DNA of 64,000 bases, from NCBI GenBank assembly GCA_905235995.1, contig CAJONI010000052.1, forward strand, positions 6,107 through 70,106, written 5' to 3'. Position numbers and translations under genes: made by a program. The DNA comes from an uncultured Bacteroidales bacterium (GTDB taxonomy: Bacteria > Bacteroidota > Bacteroidia > Bacteroidales > UBA932). This document shows positions 49,201 through 58,454 of the stretch, one piece after another. The notes under the pieces were generated by a model. It ran no database searches. It was not told the origin of the DNA and worked only from the letters and a program-made list of their open reading frames with translations. Every line of letters begins with the position of its first letter. The stretch's first letter is position 1.

Positions 49201-50883
49201 CTGCGCGGCATAAGGGGCTTCGACGGGGAGAAGGCTCTCAAGGCGATGGTGGCCTCATCCAATCTCGATCCCGCTTCCGCATGGTACGACGAATACGGCT
49301 ACGTGCCCAGCGACCTTACGCCGGAATCCGTGTCCAAGACCCTGGAGTTCTGCTACGATGACTGGTGCATCGCCCGCATGGCAGAAGCTCTCGGCCACGA
49401 CGACATCGCCGCCCGATACGACGAGCGTGCGCTGCGCTACCGTAATCTCTTCGATCCTGCCTCAGGCTTTTTCCGTGGCAAGGAGTCGATCGGCAACTGG
49501 CGTACCTACTTCACCACCACGGGATCGTCGCGCGACTACACCGAGGCCTGCGCCTGGCAGTACAGGCACTTCGTGCCGCACGACATGGCCGGCTATACTG
49601 CCCTGATGGGCGGCGCCGCCGCCGTCCGCGCCTCGCTCGACTCGCTCTTCAACTACGACTACAGGGATCCGGAAATGAACTACGACGGCAATGTGACGGG
49701 CCTCATGGGCCAGTACGCCCATGGCAACGAGCCCAGCCATGCCAGTGCCTACCTGTATTCCTGTGTGGGCGACCCTTCCTCCACCCAGGCCCGGGTGAGG
49801 CGGATACTCGGTGAGATGTACTCCCTTACCCCGGACGGCCTCTGCGGCAACGAGGATTGCGGCCAGATGAGTGCCTGGTATGTGCTCTCGGCCATGGGCC
49901 TCTATCCCGTCTGCCCCGGCACCGGCGAATTCGTTTTCACTGCCCCCATCTTCAACAGGATCACCCTTGCCCTTCCCGAAGGGAAGCAGCTTGTCATAAG
50001 CGCCGACCATCCTGAGTTCCCCTATGTCAAGGATGTGGTTTTCAATGGGGAACGCATCGAAGCCCAGTTCATTGGCTATGACGCCCTGATGCAGGGCGGC
50101 AAACTCGAATTCGTGCTGTCCGCCAGCCCCTGCCACGAGCGCGACGGCTTCGAGGCCCCTTACTCCCTTACCGACGGCAGTCTTGTGTCCACGCCCATCA
50201 TCAACAGGGATCCCCGCTTCTTCGACAGGCGTTTCGAGGCCCGCCTGCGCAGCCGGACTCCCGGTGCGACCTTGCGTTACACCTTGGATGGCAGCGAGCC
50301 CACGGAAGCATCTCCGCTCTATGAAGGACCTTTCGAGATAAGTGAGGAATGCGTGCTGAAGGCGAGGGCGTTCAAGGAAGGATGCTCCTCCAGCCCCCTG
50401 CTTGGCATGAAGGCCTTTCCTCTCGAGTATCTGCCTCCGCTCTCCGCCACCGGCCTGCAGCATGGCTGCAGCTACAACTATTACGTCGGCAGGTTCAAGT
50501 GGACCGAAGAACTGGATTCCGCACCTGTGGCCGCAAGTGGCGTGATGGCCGTTCCGTCGATTGCCGGAGCGCCTGAAGACGACTACTTCGGCTTCGTGTT
50601 CACCGGTTTCCTGGACGTGCCCGAAGAGGGCGTCTGGGAGTTTGCCGTGACCAGCGACGACGGTGCCGTGCTCGAGATCGACGGAGAGCTTGTGGTCAAC
50701 GGCGACGGCTCCCACGGCAACTACATGGCCACCGGCAACGTGGCGCTCAGCCGCGGACTCCATGTCTTCTGCCTCAAGTATTTCGAAAACTTCGATGGCC
50801 AGAACCTCTCGTGGGCCTGGCGGGCGCCTTCGGCTCCGAAACTCTCACCCATACCTCCTGCCTCGATCTATTACCGACCCTGA
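46288..50883 (+). CDS. Fusion: GH127 beta-L-arabinofuranosidase family plus GH92 alpha-mannosidase plus CHB_HEX_C plus PA14
   Basis: GH127 part has DSDVYK, HEMYCAGH, GHEEIE, GHAVR, CETCAS, CACCP and PYYAWDNR. GH92 from about 48135 has GHTYPGA, YTEA, HGNEP and GNEDCGQMSAWY. PA14 has SDDG. Confidence 0.92.
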   Translation: MKRSLIIALALAAAACSGSEGNGGIRKQMELVPFSQVRIDDSFWSPRLDAHKDVTLAVCIDQIENQTGRILNFERAALGRGSHSGIFFDDSDVYKALEGMAYSLQNHPDPALEAKCDEWIDKFAAAQQPDGYINTYYTLTGLENRWKDMDRHEMYCAGHMIEAAVAYYQATGKRKLLYMGMRMADHMMSVFGPEGRHWIPGHEEIELALVKLYGVTGEKKYLDFAHWLLEERGHGHGSYGDGRTWPAHYYQDELPVREMTDISGHAVRSMYLFCGMADVAALTGDRGYMDALDRVWDDVVLRNMYLTGGIGQTSANEGFSTDYSLPNLSAYCETCASVGMVLWNARMAQLKGDGRYFDVLERAMYNGALAGISLAGDRFFYVNPLESRGDHHRQEWYGCACCPSQICRFLPSIGNYVYGVSDDALWVNLYIGGEAKLELSHKPVTVRQETGYPWDGTVKLTLGLVKPVRSEIRLRIPDWCPGFTVWVNGDDYTPEVEKGYAVLEKRWRDGDEIVLQLEMDPKLVQADPRVLEDAGMRAVQRGPLVYCIEEADNREGFDALALREDAALSCRFNPGKLGGIVEITAEGVEKPLHFIPYYAWDNREAGRMKVWVPLEEADPFVGTGGVGHTYPGATAPFGLVQLSPDTHNTGWEGASGYRDEDRTVMGFSHTHLSGTGGCDLGDFLFTPAQGEVELTDAGYRIPPLEFSKDGEAAYPGFYAVRFSDITAEMTALPHTGCHRYTFLGEGEKRILVDLRHNIGETRPGDISFRQVSNRCIEGGRHTSGWARDRAMYFSAWFSVPFTSCESDGHDRWLLSFPSWTREVTVTVGLSTRDARHARRNRIAEAPVCDFNSVLANSRALWKEQMDKVKVEGGTAVQRRIFSTSLYHCLVAPNILSDVGVTPFYSTLSLWDTFRAWNPLQTIINPELVNDMAGSMLEMYDRDGKLPLWALGGEDVDCMIGYHSVSVIADAWLRGIRGFDGEKALKAMVASSNLDPASAWYDEYGYVPSDLTPESVSKTLEFCYDDWCIARMAEALGHDDIAARYDERALRYRNLFDPASGFFRGKESIGNWRTYFTTTGSSRDYTEACAWQYRHFVPHDMAGYTALMGGAAAVRASLDSLFNYDYRDPEMNYDGNVTGLMGQYAHGNEPSHASAYLYSCVGDPSSTQARVRRILGEMYSLTPDGLCGNEDCGQMSAWYVLSAMGLYPVCPGTGEFVFTAPIFNRITLALPEGKQLVISADHPEFPYVKDVVFNGERIEAQFIGYDALMQGGKLEFVLSASPCHERDGFEAPYSLTDGSLVSTPIINRDPRFFDRRFEARLRSRTPGATLRYTLDGSEPTEASPLYEGPFEISEECVLKARAFKEGCSSSPLLGMKAFPLEYLPPLSATGLQHGCSYNYYVGRFKWTEELDSAPVAASGVMAVPSIAGAPEDDYFGFVFTGFLDVPEEGVWEFAVTSDDGAVLEIDGELVVNGDGSHGNYMATGNVALSRGLHVFCLKYFENFDGQNLSWAWRAPSAPKLSPIPPASIYYRP

Positions 50884-50912
50884 AATCCCCCCTGATACCA
50901 ACCCCATATGCC

Positions 50913-52448
50913 ATGAGAAGACCGTCAGCCATCCTCCTTTGCGCATTGTTCACGGCCGTGATGTTCCCGGCCCTGGCGCAGAATCCCTATCTCCCCCTGT
51001 GGGAGCACATCCCGGACGGAGAGCCCCATGTCTTCGAGGATCCTGACCGCCCGGGCTGCTACCGGGTATATGTCTATGGCTCCCATGACAACCTGATCAC
51101 GGAGTATTGCGGCCGGGACCAGGTGGTATGGTCGGCCCCGGTTGACGACCTCACCGCCTGGCGGCTCGACGGGGTGATCTTCGAGCACGAAGGCAACGTG
51201 CTCTACGCCCCGGACGTATGCGAGGTCAAGGACCCCGTTACCGGGAAGAAAACGTATTACCTGTATCCCAATAACCAGAATAATATGGGCATGATAGCCC
51301 GCTCCGACAGGCCTGACGGGCCTTTCCGCCCCTGCAACCTGAAGGAGGGCAGGCCCTGGGAGACCTACGGGGTCACCGGTTTCGACCCCGCGGTGCTGGT
51401 GGATGACGACGGTCGAGTGTATGCCTATTGGGGCTTCGGGCATTCCTTCGCCGCCGAAATGGACCCTGCCACCATGTGTACCGTGAAGCCCGGGACAGAG
51501 ATAGTGGACGGCATGGTTTCCGGCCATCAGGAGCCCGGGATATTCCGTTTCTTCGAGGCTTCATCCATACGTAAGATAGGGGACAAGTATGTCTTCATCT
51601 ACAGCCGTGTGACCGAGGATGGCGAATTCGGCCTGGGATCCACCAACGGAACCCTGGCCTATGCGTACGGCGACCATCCGCTTGGTCCATTCACCTATGG
51701 CGGGACCATCATCGATGCCCGCGCGAGGGAGACTGACGAGGCCGGGAATCCTGTCTTTACGACCATTCCCAACGGAAATACCCACGGAAGCCTTGCGGAG
51801 ATAGGGGGGAAGTGGTATGTGTTCTACCATCGCCACACCGGTACCGACGAATACTCACGCCAGGCGATGGTTGCGCCCGTAAGCGTTTCCTATGAGGAAG
51901 GTCCTGGAGGCAGGGTGTCCATCTCCGAGGGGGAATACACCTCAGAGGGCTTCCGGACCGAAGGCCTGGACCCTTTGACGCGCTGGTCCGCCGGCATAGC
52001 CTGCTGGACCACCGGTCCGGAGCCGGCCAGGCAGGAGTGGCCAAAGGTTTACTATCCGGGCTCGCACGTGGCAGTGCAGAGGGAAGTCGGACTGGACCAT
52101 AATCCCGTGATAAACAATACCGACGGCTCCATCGTGGGCTACAGGTACTTCAACTTCGACGCCGTCGACGGCCCGGCGACGCTCTGCCTTGAGATAGTGC
52201 CTGAAGGTGTGGACGGCAGCATCGAAATCATGGCCGACAGCCCATGGGAGAGCCGGGGTGGCATGAAGCTTGGCGGCGTCGCGGTCAGCGCCGCCAGCCC
52301 GAAACAGCTGACGACCTTGAAAGTGCCGGTCCCCGCCGTTGCAGGGCTTAGCGGCAAGCACGCCCTTTACCTTGTCTTCAATGCCGATAAACCCGCCGCT
52401 TCCCTCTGCGAGCTGCACTACCTTCAGTTCATGCCTGGAATCCGGTAG
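50913..52448 (+). CDS. GH43 glycoside hydrolase with C-terminal CBM6-like domain
   Basis: IPDGEPHVF, LYAPD, FDPAVLVDDDG, FFEASS, GNTHGS and WYVFYH. Start MRRPSAILL at 50913. Confidence 0.85.
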   Translation: MRRPSAILLCALFTAVMFPALAQNPYLPLWEHIPDGEPHVFEDPDRPGCYRVYVYGSHDNLITEYCGRDQVVWSAPVDDLTAWRLDGVIFEHEGNVLYAPDVCEVKDPVTGKKTYYLYPNNQNNMGMIARSDRPDGPFRPCNLKEGRPWETYGVTGFDPAVLVDDDGRVYAYWGFGHSFAAEMDPATMCTVKPGTEIVDGMVSGHQEPGIFRFFEASSIRKIGDKYVFIYSRVTEDGEFGLGSTNGTLAYAYGDHPLGPFTYGGTIIDARARETDEAGNPVFTTIPNGNTHGSLAEIGGKWYVFYHRHTGTDEYSRQAMVAPVSVSYEEGPGGRVSISEGEYTSEGFRTEGLDPLTRWSAGIACWTTGPEPARQEWPKVYYPGSHVAVQREVGLDHNPVINNTDGSIVGYRYFNFDAVDGPATLCLEIVPEGVDGSIEIMADSPWESRGGMKLGGVAVSAASPKQLTTLKVPVPAVAGLSGKHALYLVFNADKPAASLCELHYLQFMPGIR

Positions 52449-52493
52449 AGTCAGAGCTTTTCCGTTCATTTGAAATATACATCGTACCCCATC

Positions 52494-54749
52494 ATGAACA
52501 GGTTCTCCCATTCTTTTCCCTGCCTCATCCTGCTTGTCACATGTGTCATCCTTGCTGTCGGATGCGGCGGCAGGCATGTGCTCTTCAACGAGGGCAATTC
52601 CGAATACACGATAGTCATAGAACCCGCGGCTCCTGAAACGGAACAGTATGCCGCGGTGGAGCTGCAGACCTGGATAAGGGAAGTCTCCGGAGCGGAGCTT
52701 CCGATAGCCGGCCCCGAGGCCGCCACGGAAGGAAAGCGTCTGGTGGTAGGCTGGCAGCCGCTGACCGCAGAGGCTTTCCCCGATGCCGTAAAGCCGGAAG
52801 ACGGCGACGACTCCTTCACCTGGCGCAGCCATGGCGGCGACATCCATTTCTGGGGAGGCAGCAAGCGCGGGACTCTCTACGCCGTCTATTCCTTCCTTGA
52901 GGAGGCCCTGGGCTGCCGCTGGTATTCCAGCAAGGTGAGCGTAGCCCCGCCGCGCAGCAGCTGGAGCTTCAGGAAACTCGACCACAGCGAGGCCCCAGGC
53001 ATACGCATACGCGACAACTGCGTCCTCGACGTGCGGGTGAATCCAGTGTTCTCGGCGCGTATGCGCAACAATTTCATAAAGGTGCCGGGGCTTGAGCCCG
53101 GAACCACCGTCCCGGGCAGCGCAGAGGGCTACTGGGGCGTGCATGCCCTTGGGTATCATGTCCCCTCCGATGTCCATTTCCACTCCCATCCCGAATACTT
53201 CAGCCTCCGCGACGGAGTCCGTCAGGGCGGATATGCGCAGCCCTGCCTCTCCAATCCCGACGTGCTCGCCATGACCATCGAGAGCGTGAAGAAGGTGATG
53301 CGCGAGCAGCCCGACTACCTCATCTACTCCGTGGAGCAGAATGACAACCAGCTCTTCTGTACCTGCGACGCCTGCCAGGAACTCGCAGAGCGCTACGGCG
53401 GGCAGTCCGGAGTGATGCTCTGGTTCGTCAACCAGGTGGCCGATGCGGTGAAGGACGAGTTCCCCGACAAATACATAGGTACCTTCGCCTACCAGTATAC
53501 GCGCCACGCCCCGAAGGACATAGTCCCGAGAGAGAACGTGGTGGTAAGGCTCTGCAGCATCGAGTGCTGCATGCTTCACGACTATGACGGATGCGAGCAG
53601 AACCTCAGCTTCGCGCAGGACCTCGAGGACTGGGGCGCCATCGCACCGCACCTCTACATCTGGGACTACGTGACCGACTTCGCGCAGTACTGCCTGCCCG
53701 TGGCCAACTGGTGGACGCTGCAGAGCCATATACGCGACTTCCGCGACGCCCATGCAATCGGCATCCTCGAGGAGGGCGACTACCAGACCCCGTCCTGCGA
53801 GCTGAGGGAGATGCGCAGCTGGCTCCTTTCCAAGCTGATGTGGAATCCCGACGCCGATATGGACGAACTCATCCGCGACTTCACCGACGGCTACTACGGT
53901 GCCGCCGGACGCCATGTCCGCGAGTACCTCCGGCTTGAGGACCGCATCCTCCGCCGTGAAGGCATCCACGCCCCATGCTACATCAGCGCAGCCGATACCA
54001 TGTACACCCATGAGTTCATCAGCGAAGGCCGGAAGATCTTCGCCAGGGCGCGCGAGGCGGTGAAAGGCGACGAGGAGCTCCTCAACCGCCTGGAAACCGC
54101 AGAGATGCCGCTGTGCTTCCTGCTTATGGAAAAAGACCCGCCGAAGGGTTTTGAAACGGGCGCCGACGCACTGGTGCGCCGCGTGATAGAGCGTGAAGGC
54201 ATCACCCGCATGACCGAATGGGAGAGAGGCGGCAAGTCCCAGGCAGAGGTGCTTCTGGAAAAATACGAGAACCTGGCCGAAGCGCTGGACAAGGCTCCGC
54301 TGCTGCAGGCTGTCGTAGAGCAGGCTGCCGGCAACGGCGTCTCCTTCACCCGCTACGAAGGTCCTTTCATGAGTACTGCGGAGATGATGGAAAAGGGCAC
54401 AGAGACCGACAGCGGAGCGCTTCCGACGATAAGGATCGAGAAGGAGGAGGAACTGGACCATTTCGGCTACGTGTTCACCACTCTGCTCGAAGCCAGGGAA
54501 GAGGGAATCCATCAGTTCAGCGTCACCTCCGACGACGGCTTCGTGCTCATCCTCGACGGGGAGGAGCTCATCTCGATGGACGGCTCCCACTCTCCTGAAA
54601 TGGCCTGGGCTTTTGCCAATCTGGCAAAGGGACTCCACCGGCTCGAGATCCGCTACTTCGAGGACTGCGAAGGCCAGGTGCTTGACCTTGAATTCCGCAC
54701 TCCGGGCGGCTACATCGGTCCCCTTCCGGAAGACAGACTGTTCAGATGA
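52494..54749 (+). CDS. DUF4838-like lipoprotein (GH20/GH67-type N domain) with PA14
   Basis: RGTLYAVYSFLE.LGCRW, HPEYF, QPCLSNP, FVNQVA, TFAYQYT and IWDY. C-terminal DHFGYVF..SDDG. Confidence 0.75.
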   Translation: MNRFSHSFPCLILLVTCVILAVGCGGRHVLFNEGNSEYTIVIEPAAPETEQYAAVELQTWIREVSGAELPIAGPEAATEGKRLVVGWQPLTAEAFPDAVKPEDGDDSFTWRSHGGDIHFWGGSKRGTLYAVYSFLEEALGCRWYSSKVSVAPPRSSWSFRKLDHSEAPGIRIRDNCVLDVRVNPVFSARMRNNFIKVPGLEPGTTVPGSAEGYWGVHALGYHVPSDVHFHSHPEYFSLRDGVRQGGYAQPCLSNPDVLAMTIESVKKVMREQPDYLIYSVEQNDNQLFCTCDACQELAERYGGQSGVMLWFVNQVADAVKDEFPDKYIGTFAYQYTRHAPKDIVPRENVVVRLCSIECCMLHDYDGCEQNLSFAQDLEDWGAIAPHLYIWDYVTDFAQYCLPVANWWTLQSHIRDFRDAHAIGILEEGDYQTPSCELREMRSWLLSKLMWNPDADMDELIRDFTDGYYGAAGRHVREYLRLEDRILRREGIHAPCYISAADTMYTHEFISEGRKIFARAREAVKGDEELLNRLETAEMPLCFLLMEKDPPKGFETGADALVRRVIEREGITRMTEWERGGKSQAEVLLEKYENLAEALDKAPLLQAVVEQAAGNGVSFTRYEGPFMSTAEMMEKGTETDSGALPTIRIEKEEELDHFGYVFTTLLEAREEGIHQFSVTSDDGFVLILDGEELISMDGSHSPEMAWAFANLAKGLHRLEIRYFEDCEGQVLDLEFRTPGGYIGPLPEDRLFR

Positions 54750-55909
54750 TGACCATGCTCCGGAAACTTCTCCTTGCGGCGGTTGCGACCGCCCTGATGG
54801 CATTCTCCTTCGAGGAGGAAATCGTCTACCGTGACGCTTCTGCCTTCCCGCTTTACGGCAAGGCCACCGCCGATACCTACGGACCTTACACCCGCTTCCC
54901 GGCATCTTTCAAGGAAGAAAGCCGTGAGCCGCTCTGGAACCTCTCGCTCAACAGCGCCGGGCTCTACCTGCGCTTCCGCAGCGACGCTCCTTCGATCCAT
55001 GCCAGATGGACCAACACGGGCTACCACATGCCCCATATGACGGACGTCGGAGTAGGGGGCCTGGATCTCTATTCATTCATAGACGGAAAATGGCTCTTCG
55101 TCGGCAGCGGCTTTGACTGGAAGGGCGTCGGCCGGAAATCGCATGAGCGGAGGCTTGTCGGCAACATGGACGGCGAGATGCGCGAATACATGCTCTATCT
55201 TCCGCTATACGACGGTGTGGATTCCCTGGCCATCGGCGTTCCGGCAGGATATACGCTGGAAGGGCCGCGGCTCGAAAGCCCGCAGTCCGATGCTCCCATA
55301 GTATGCTACGGGACCAGCATCCTGCAGGGAGGCTGTGCCTCAAGGCCCGGAATGGCCCACACCGCCATCATCGGGCGCATGCTCGACCGCGAGGTGATCA
55401 ACCTCGGATTCAGCGGCAACGCCCATCTCGACATGGAGGTCGCCCGCCTGATGGCCTCTGTTCCCAATCCCGCAGTCTATGTGATGGACAACCTCCCGAA
55501 CTGCACTCCTCCTATGATCAGGGAGCGGACCAAAGCCTTCGTCGACATACTCCGGAGAGCGCATCCAGGGGTGTCTGTCGTCTTCGTGGAAGACCCCATC
55601 TTTCCCCATTCCATAGTCGACAAGTCCGTCCGTGAAGGAGTCGAATCCAACAACGCGGCCCTGCGGGAAGTCTATGCCAAACTTCTTGCCTCCGGCTACA
55701 GGAACCTGTTCTACGTAGGCGCGGAGGGAATGACGGGCGACGACGGAGAATCCTTCGTCGACGGCGTCCATCTCACCGACCTCGGCATGCTTAGATATGC
55801 CCGCCATGTCGCCCCCGTCCTTAGGGAAGCCATTGCCTGCGATACTCTGGAATGCCTCCCTGAAATCTTCGTCGGGGCTTCGTCTTCTGACATCCGTCTT
55901 GAAAAATAA
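54746..55909 (+). CDS. SGNH/GDSL esterase with GxDLY N-terminal domain
   Basis: GLDLY, LYLPLY, YGTSILQG, NLGFSGN and DGVH. Confidence 0.88.
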   Translation: MMTMLRKLLLAAVATALMAFSFEEEIVYRDASAFPLYGKATADTYGPYTRFPASFKEESREPLWNLSLNSAGLYLRFRSDAPSIHARWTNTGYHMPHMTDVGVGGLDLYSFIDGKWLFVGSGFDWKGVGRKSHERRLVGNMDGEMREYMLYLPLYDGVDSLAIGVPAGYTLEGPRLESPQSDAPIVCYGTSILQGGCASRPGMAHTAIIGRMLDREVINLGFSGNAHLDMEVARLMASVPNPAVYVMDNLPNCTPPMIRERTKAFVDILRRAHPGVSVVFVEDPIFPHSIVDKSVREGVESNNAALREVYAKLLASGYRNLFYVGAEGMTGDDGESFVDGVHLTDLGMLRYARHVAPVLREAIACDTLECLPEIFVGASSSDIRLEK

Positions 55910-55919
55910 CTGATTTAAT

Positions 55920-58445
55920 ATGAAACGATTACTGGTTTTCGCACTTTGCCTGGGCCTCCTGCTTTCCTGTAGTAAGGAGAAACAGGCCTATGTCTTCACC
56001 TATTTCGACAATTCCCGCCAGGATGCGGGCCTGTTCGTAGCCTACAGCTGGGACGGCTACGACTGGACGGCCGTGAACGACGGCGAGCCCATCATGAAGC
56101 CCATCGTGGGGAAAGACAGGATCATGCGCGACCCCAGCATATGCCAGGGCCCCGACGGTACCTTCCATCTTGTCTGGACCATCAGCTGGAACGCCCAAAG
56201 CATAGGCTATGCCTGTTCGAAGGACCTGATCCACTGGAGCGAGCAGAAGATCATTCCCGTGATGGAGATGTTTCCTTCGACCCGGAACACCTGGGCGCCG
56301 GAGCTCTTCTACGAGGCTTCCGAAGACCTCTTCTACATCTTCTGGGCCTCCACCGTTCCGGGCAATCCGGAAGTGTCGACGGATGGCAGCATCAGCGAAG
56401 ACCAGTACAACCACCGCCTCTACTGCACCACCACGCGTGATTTTGAAACCTTCTCTCCTACAAGGCTTTACTTCAATCCGTCCTTCAACGTGATCGACGC
56501 ATGCGTGATGCGGGTTCCCAAGACCGGGGAGCTTCTGATGGCCCTCAAGAACGAGAACCTCAACCCGCCGGAGAAGAACATCCGGCTGACGCGCTCGAGA
56601 AAGATGGCCGACGGTTTCCCCACGGAAGTGTCGGCTCCCATCAGCGGGGAGGAATGGGCCGAAGGGCCTACCCTGATTCCCATCGGCGACGATATACTGG
56701 TCTATTTTGACCAGTTCCGGAAACACAAATATGGCGCTGCGCTCAGCCACGACGGAGGCTGTACCTGGGAGGACGCCACCGACCGGATCAGCGTTCCGGA
56801 AGGCATCAGCCACGGCACCGCCATCGCCGTCCCCGAGCGCTATGTGAAGGCCCTGAGCAAATACGATTTCAAGGCCTGCACGCAGAGCCCCCGCATAGTG
56901 AACATCATCAATTTCATCCGCTACACCGAGCCCCGGGACGATGAGATTACCGAAAAGGTGCTCTACGAGACCGTGCGCTCGCAGGCGGAGGACCTCAGGA
57001 GCAAGGGTCTGGTGGGTACCTACCTTCTTCAGTATGATGCCCTTATCGACACAAGCTACCAGGCTCTGATGAAGGAAGAGATGGCACGCGGTTGCGAGGT
57101 GGGCGCCTGGTGGGAAATTACCCAGCCGCACGTGGAAGATGCAGGGTACACCTGGCGGGGCCGCTACCCCTGGGACTGGTACGCCAACGTGGGCTTCTCA
57201 GTGGGCTATACACCAGCCGAGCGGGAGCACCTTGTGGATGTCTACATGGAGCGCTTCAAGGAGATTTTCGGAGTATATCCCAAGTCGGTGGGCTCCTGGT
57301 TCATAGAGGCCGGAACGCTGGCATATCTGGCGGACAGATACGGCATAGAGGCTTCCTGCAACTGCAGGGACCAGGTGGGGACTGACGGATATACCCTCTG
57401 GGGAGGCTACTGGAACGGTGGCTACTACCCCAGCAGGGAGAATGCCTATATGCCTGCCCAGACTGAGAAAGGGGCTATCGCCCTTCCTGTTTTCCGTATG
57501 CTGGGAAGCGACCCTCTGGACCAGTATGAGGCCGGTGTGGGTGGCGCGGTCCAAAGCGTGGCCACCATGGAGCCGGTGTATGGCAATTACGGCGGCCAGC
57601 CGGAGTGGATAGACTGGTACTTCAAGATGTTCACCACGGAGCCGCACCTGGGCTATGACTATGTGCAGATCGGCCAGGAGAACTCCTTCACCTGGGCCGG
57701 ATTCGCCGAGGGCTTCGTGTACCAGACTGCGCGCCTGGCGGAGTTGAAGGCCGAAGGCAAGGTACGGATTGAAACCCTCTCCGAGACGGGCCGCTGGTTC
57801 AAGGAACAGTATCCTGTTACGCCTCCCACCTCCGTCGTAGCCTCGGAAGACCATCAGGGGAAGGAGCGGAAGACCTTCTGGTTCAACTGCCGGAACTACC
57901 GTGCCAACCTCCTCTGGGAAGGCCCGCGTCTGAAGGTCCGGGACCTGCATCTCTTTGACGAGCGGCTGCGCAGCCCATATCTGGACACCCCGGACACTCT
58001 GCCTGTTTTCCATTACGAGACCCTGCCTCTGGTGGACGGCTGCCTCTGGAGCACGGTAGAGAATATGGCCGGACTGTTTTTCGTGACGCCGGAGTTCAAA
58101 GGCGGGGAGTCCGTCTTCATCCCGGAGGAAGGAAAGCAGAAAGTGGAATGGCTTTCCATCGACGGCAACGGACGCTTTGTCCTCAGCTTCACCGAAGACG
58201 GCATCGAGATATCGTCGATAGGGCTGGTGGGCGGATGGTGCCTGGAGCTGAAAGTGAATCCAGGTACGGAGCTGCCTTTTACGGATGTGGCTGAAAAACA
58301 ACTGAAAGCCCATTATCTTGGCATGGATTACGGGCTTGCACTGGGAAAAGGCCGCTTTGAGGACCTGCGGGGCGAGGGGAGCGGCGAGGTGTTCCGCATT
58401 CTTCCTGAAGGCGACAGTATCACACTCGGTTTTATCCGTTTTTAG
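55920..58445 (+). CDS. Fusion: GH43-like five-bladed propeller plus uncharacterised glycoside hydrolase/deacetylase-like barrel domain
   Basis: N part has MRDPSI, TWAPE, VIDA and WAEGPT. From about 56890 a second module begins RIVNIINFIR, with LQYDAL, EVGAWWE, GYTPAERE, FKEIFGVYPKSVGSW and GQENSF. Confidence 0.7.
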   Translation: MKRLLVFALCLGLLLSCSKEKQAYVFTYFDNSRQDAGLFVAYSWDGYDWTAVNDGEPIMKPIVGKDRIMRDPSICQGPDGTFHLVWTISWNAQSIGYACSKDLIHWSEQKIIPVMEMFPSTRNTWAPELFYEASEDLFYIFWASTVPGNPEVSTDGSISEDQYNHRLYCTTTRDFETFSPTRLYFNPSFNVIDACVMRVPKTGELLMALKNENLNPPEKNIRLTRSRKMADGFPTEVSAPISGEEWAEGPTLIPIGDDILVYFDQFRKHKYGAALSHDGGCTWEDATDRISVPEGISHGTAIAVPERYVKALSKYDFKACTQSPRIVNIINFIRYTEPRDDEITEKVLYETVRSQAEDLRSKGLVGTYLLQYDALIDTSYQALMKEEMARGCEVGAWWEITQPHVEDAGYTWRGRYPWDWYANVGFSVGYTPAEREHLVDVYMERFKEIFGVYPKSVGSWFIEAGTLAYLADRYGIEASCNCRDQVGTDGYTLWGGYWNGGYYPSRENAYMPAQTEKGAIALPVFRMLGSDPLDQYEAGVGGAVQSVATMEPVYGNYGGQPEWIDWYFKMFTTEPHLGYDYVQIGQENSFTWAGFAEGFVYQTARLAELKAEGKVRIETLSETGRWFKEQYPVTPPTSVVASEDHQGKERKTFWFNCRNYRANLLWEGPRLKVRDLHLFDERLRSPYLDTPDTLPVFHYETLPLVDGCLWSTVENMAGLFFVTPEFKGGESVFIPEEGKQKVEWLSIDGNGRFVLSFTEDGIEISSIGLVGGWCLELKVNPGTELPFTDVAEKQLKAHYLGMDYGLALGKGRFEDLRGEGSGEVFRILPEGDSITLGFIRF

Positions 58446-58454
58446 AATTAAGTT

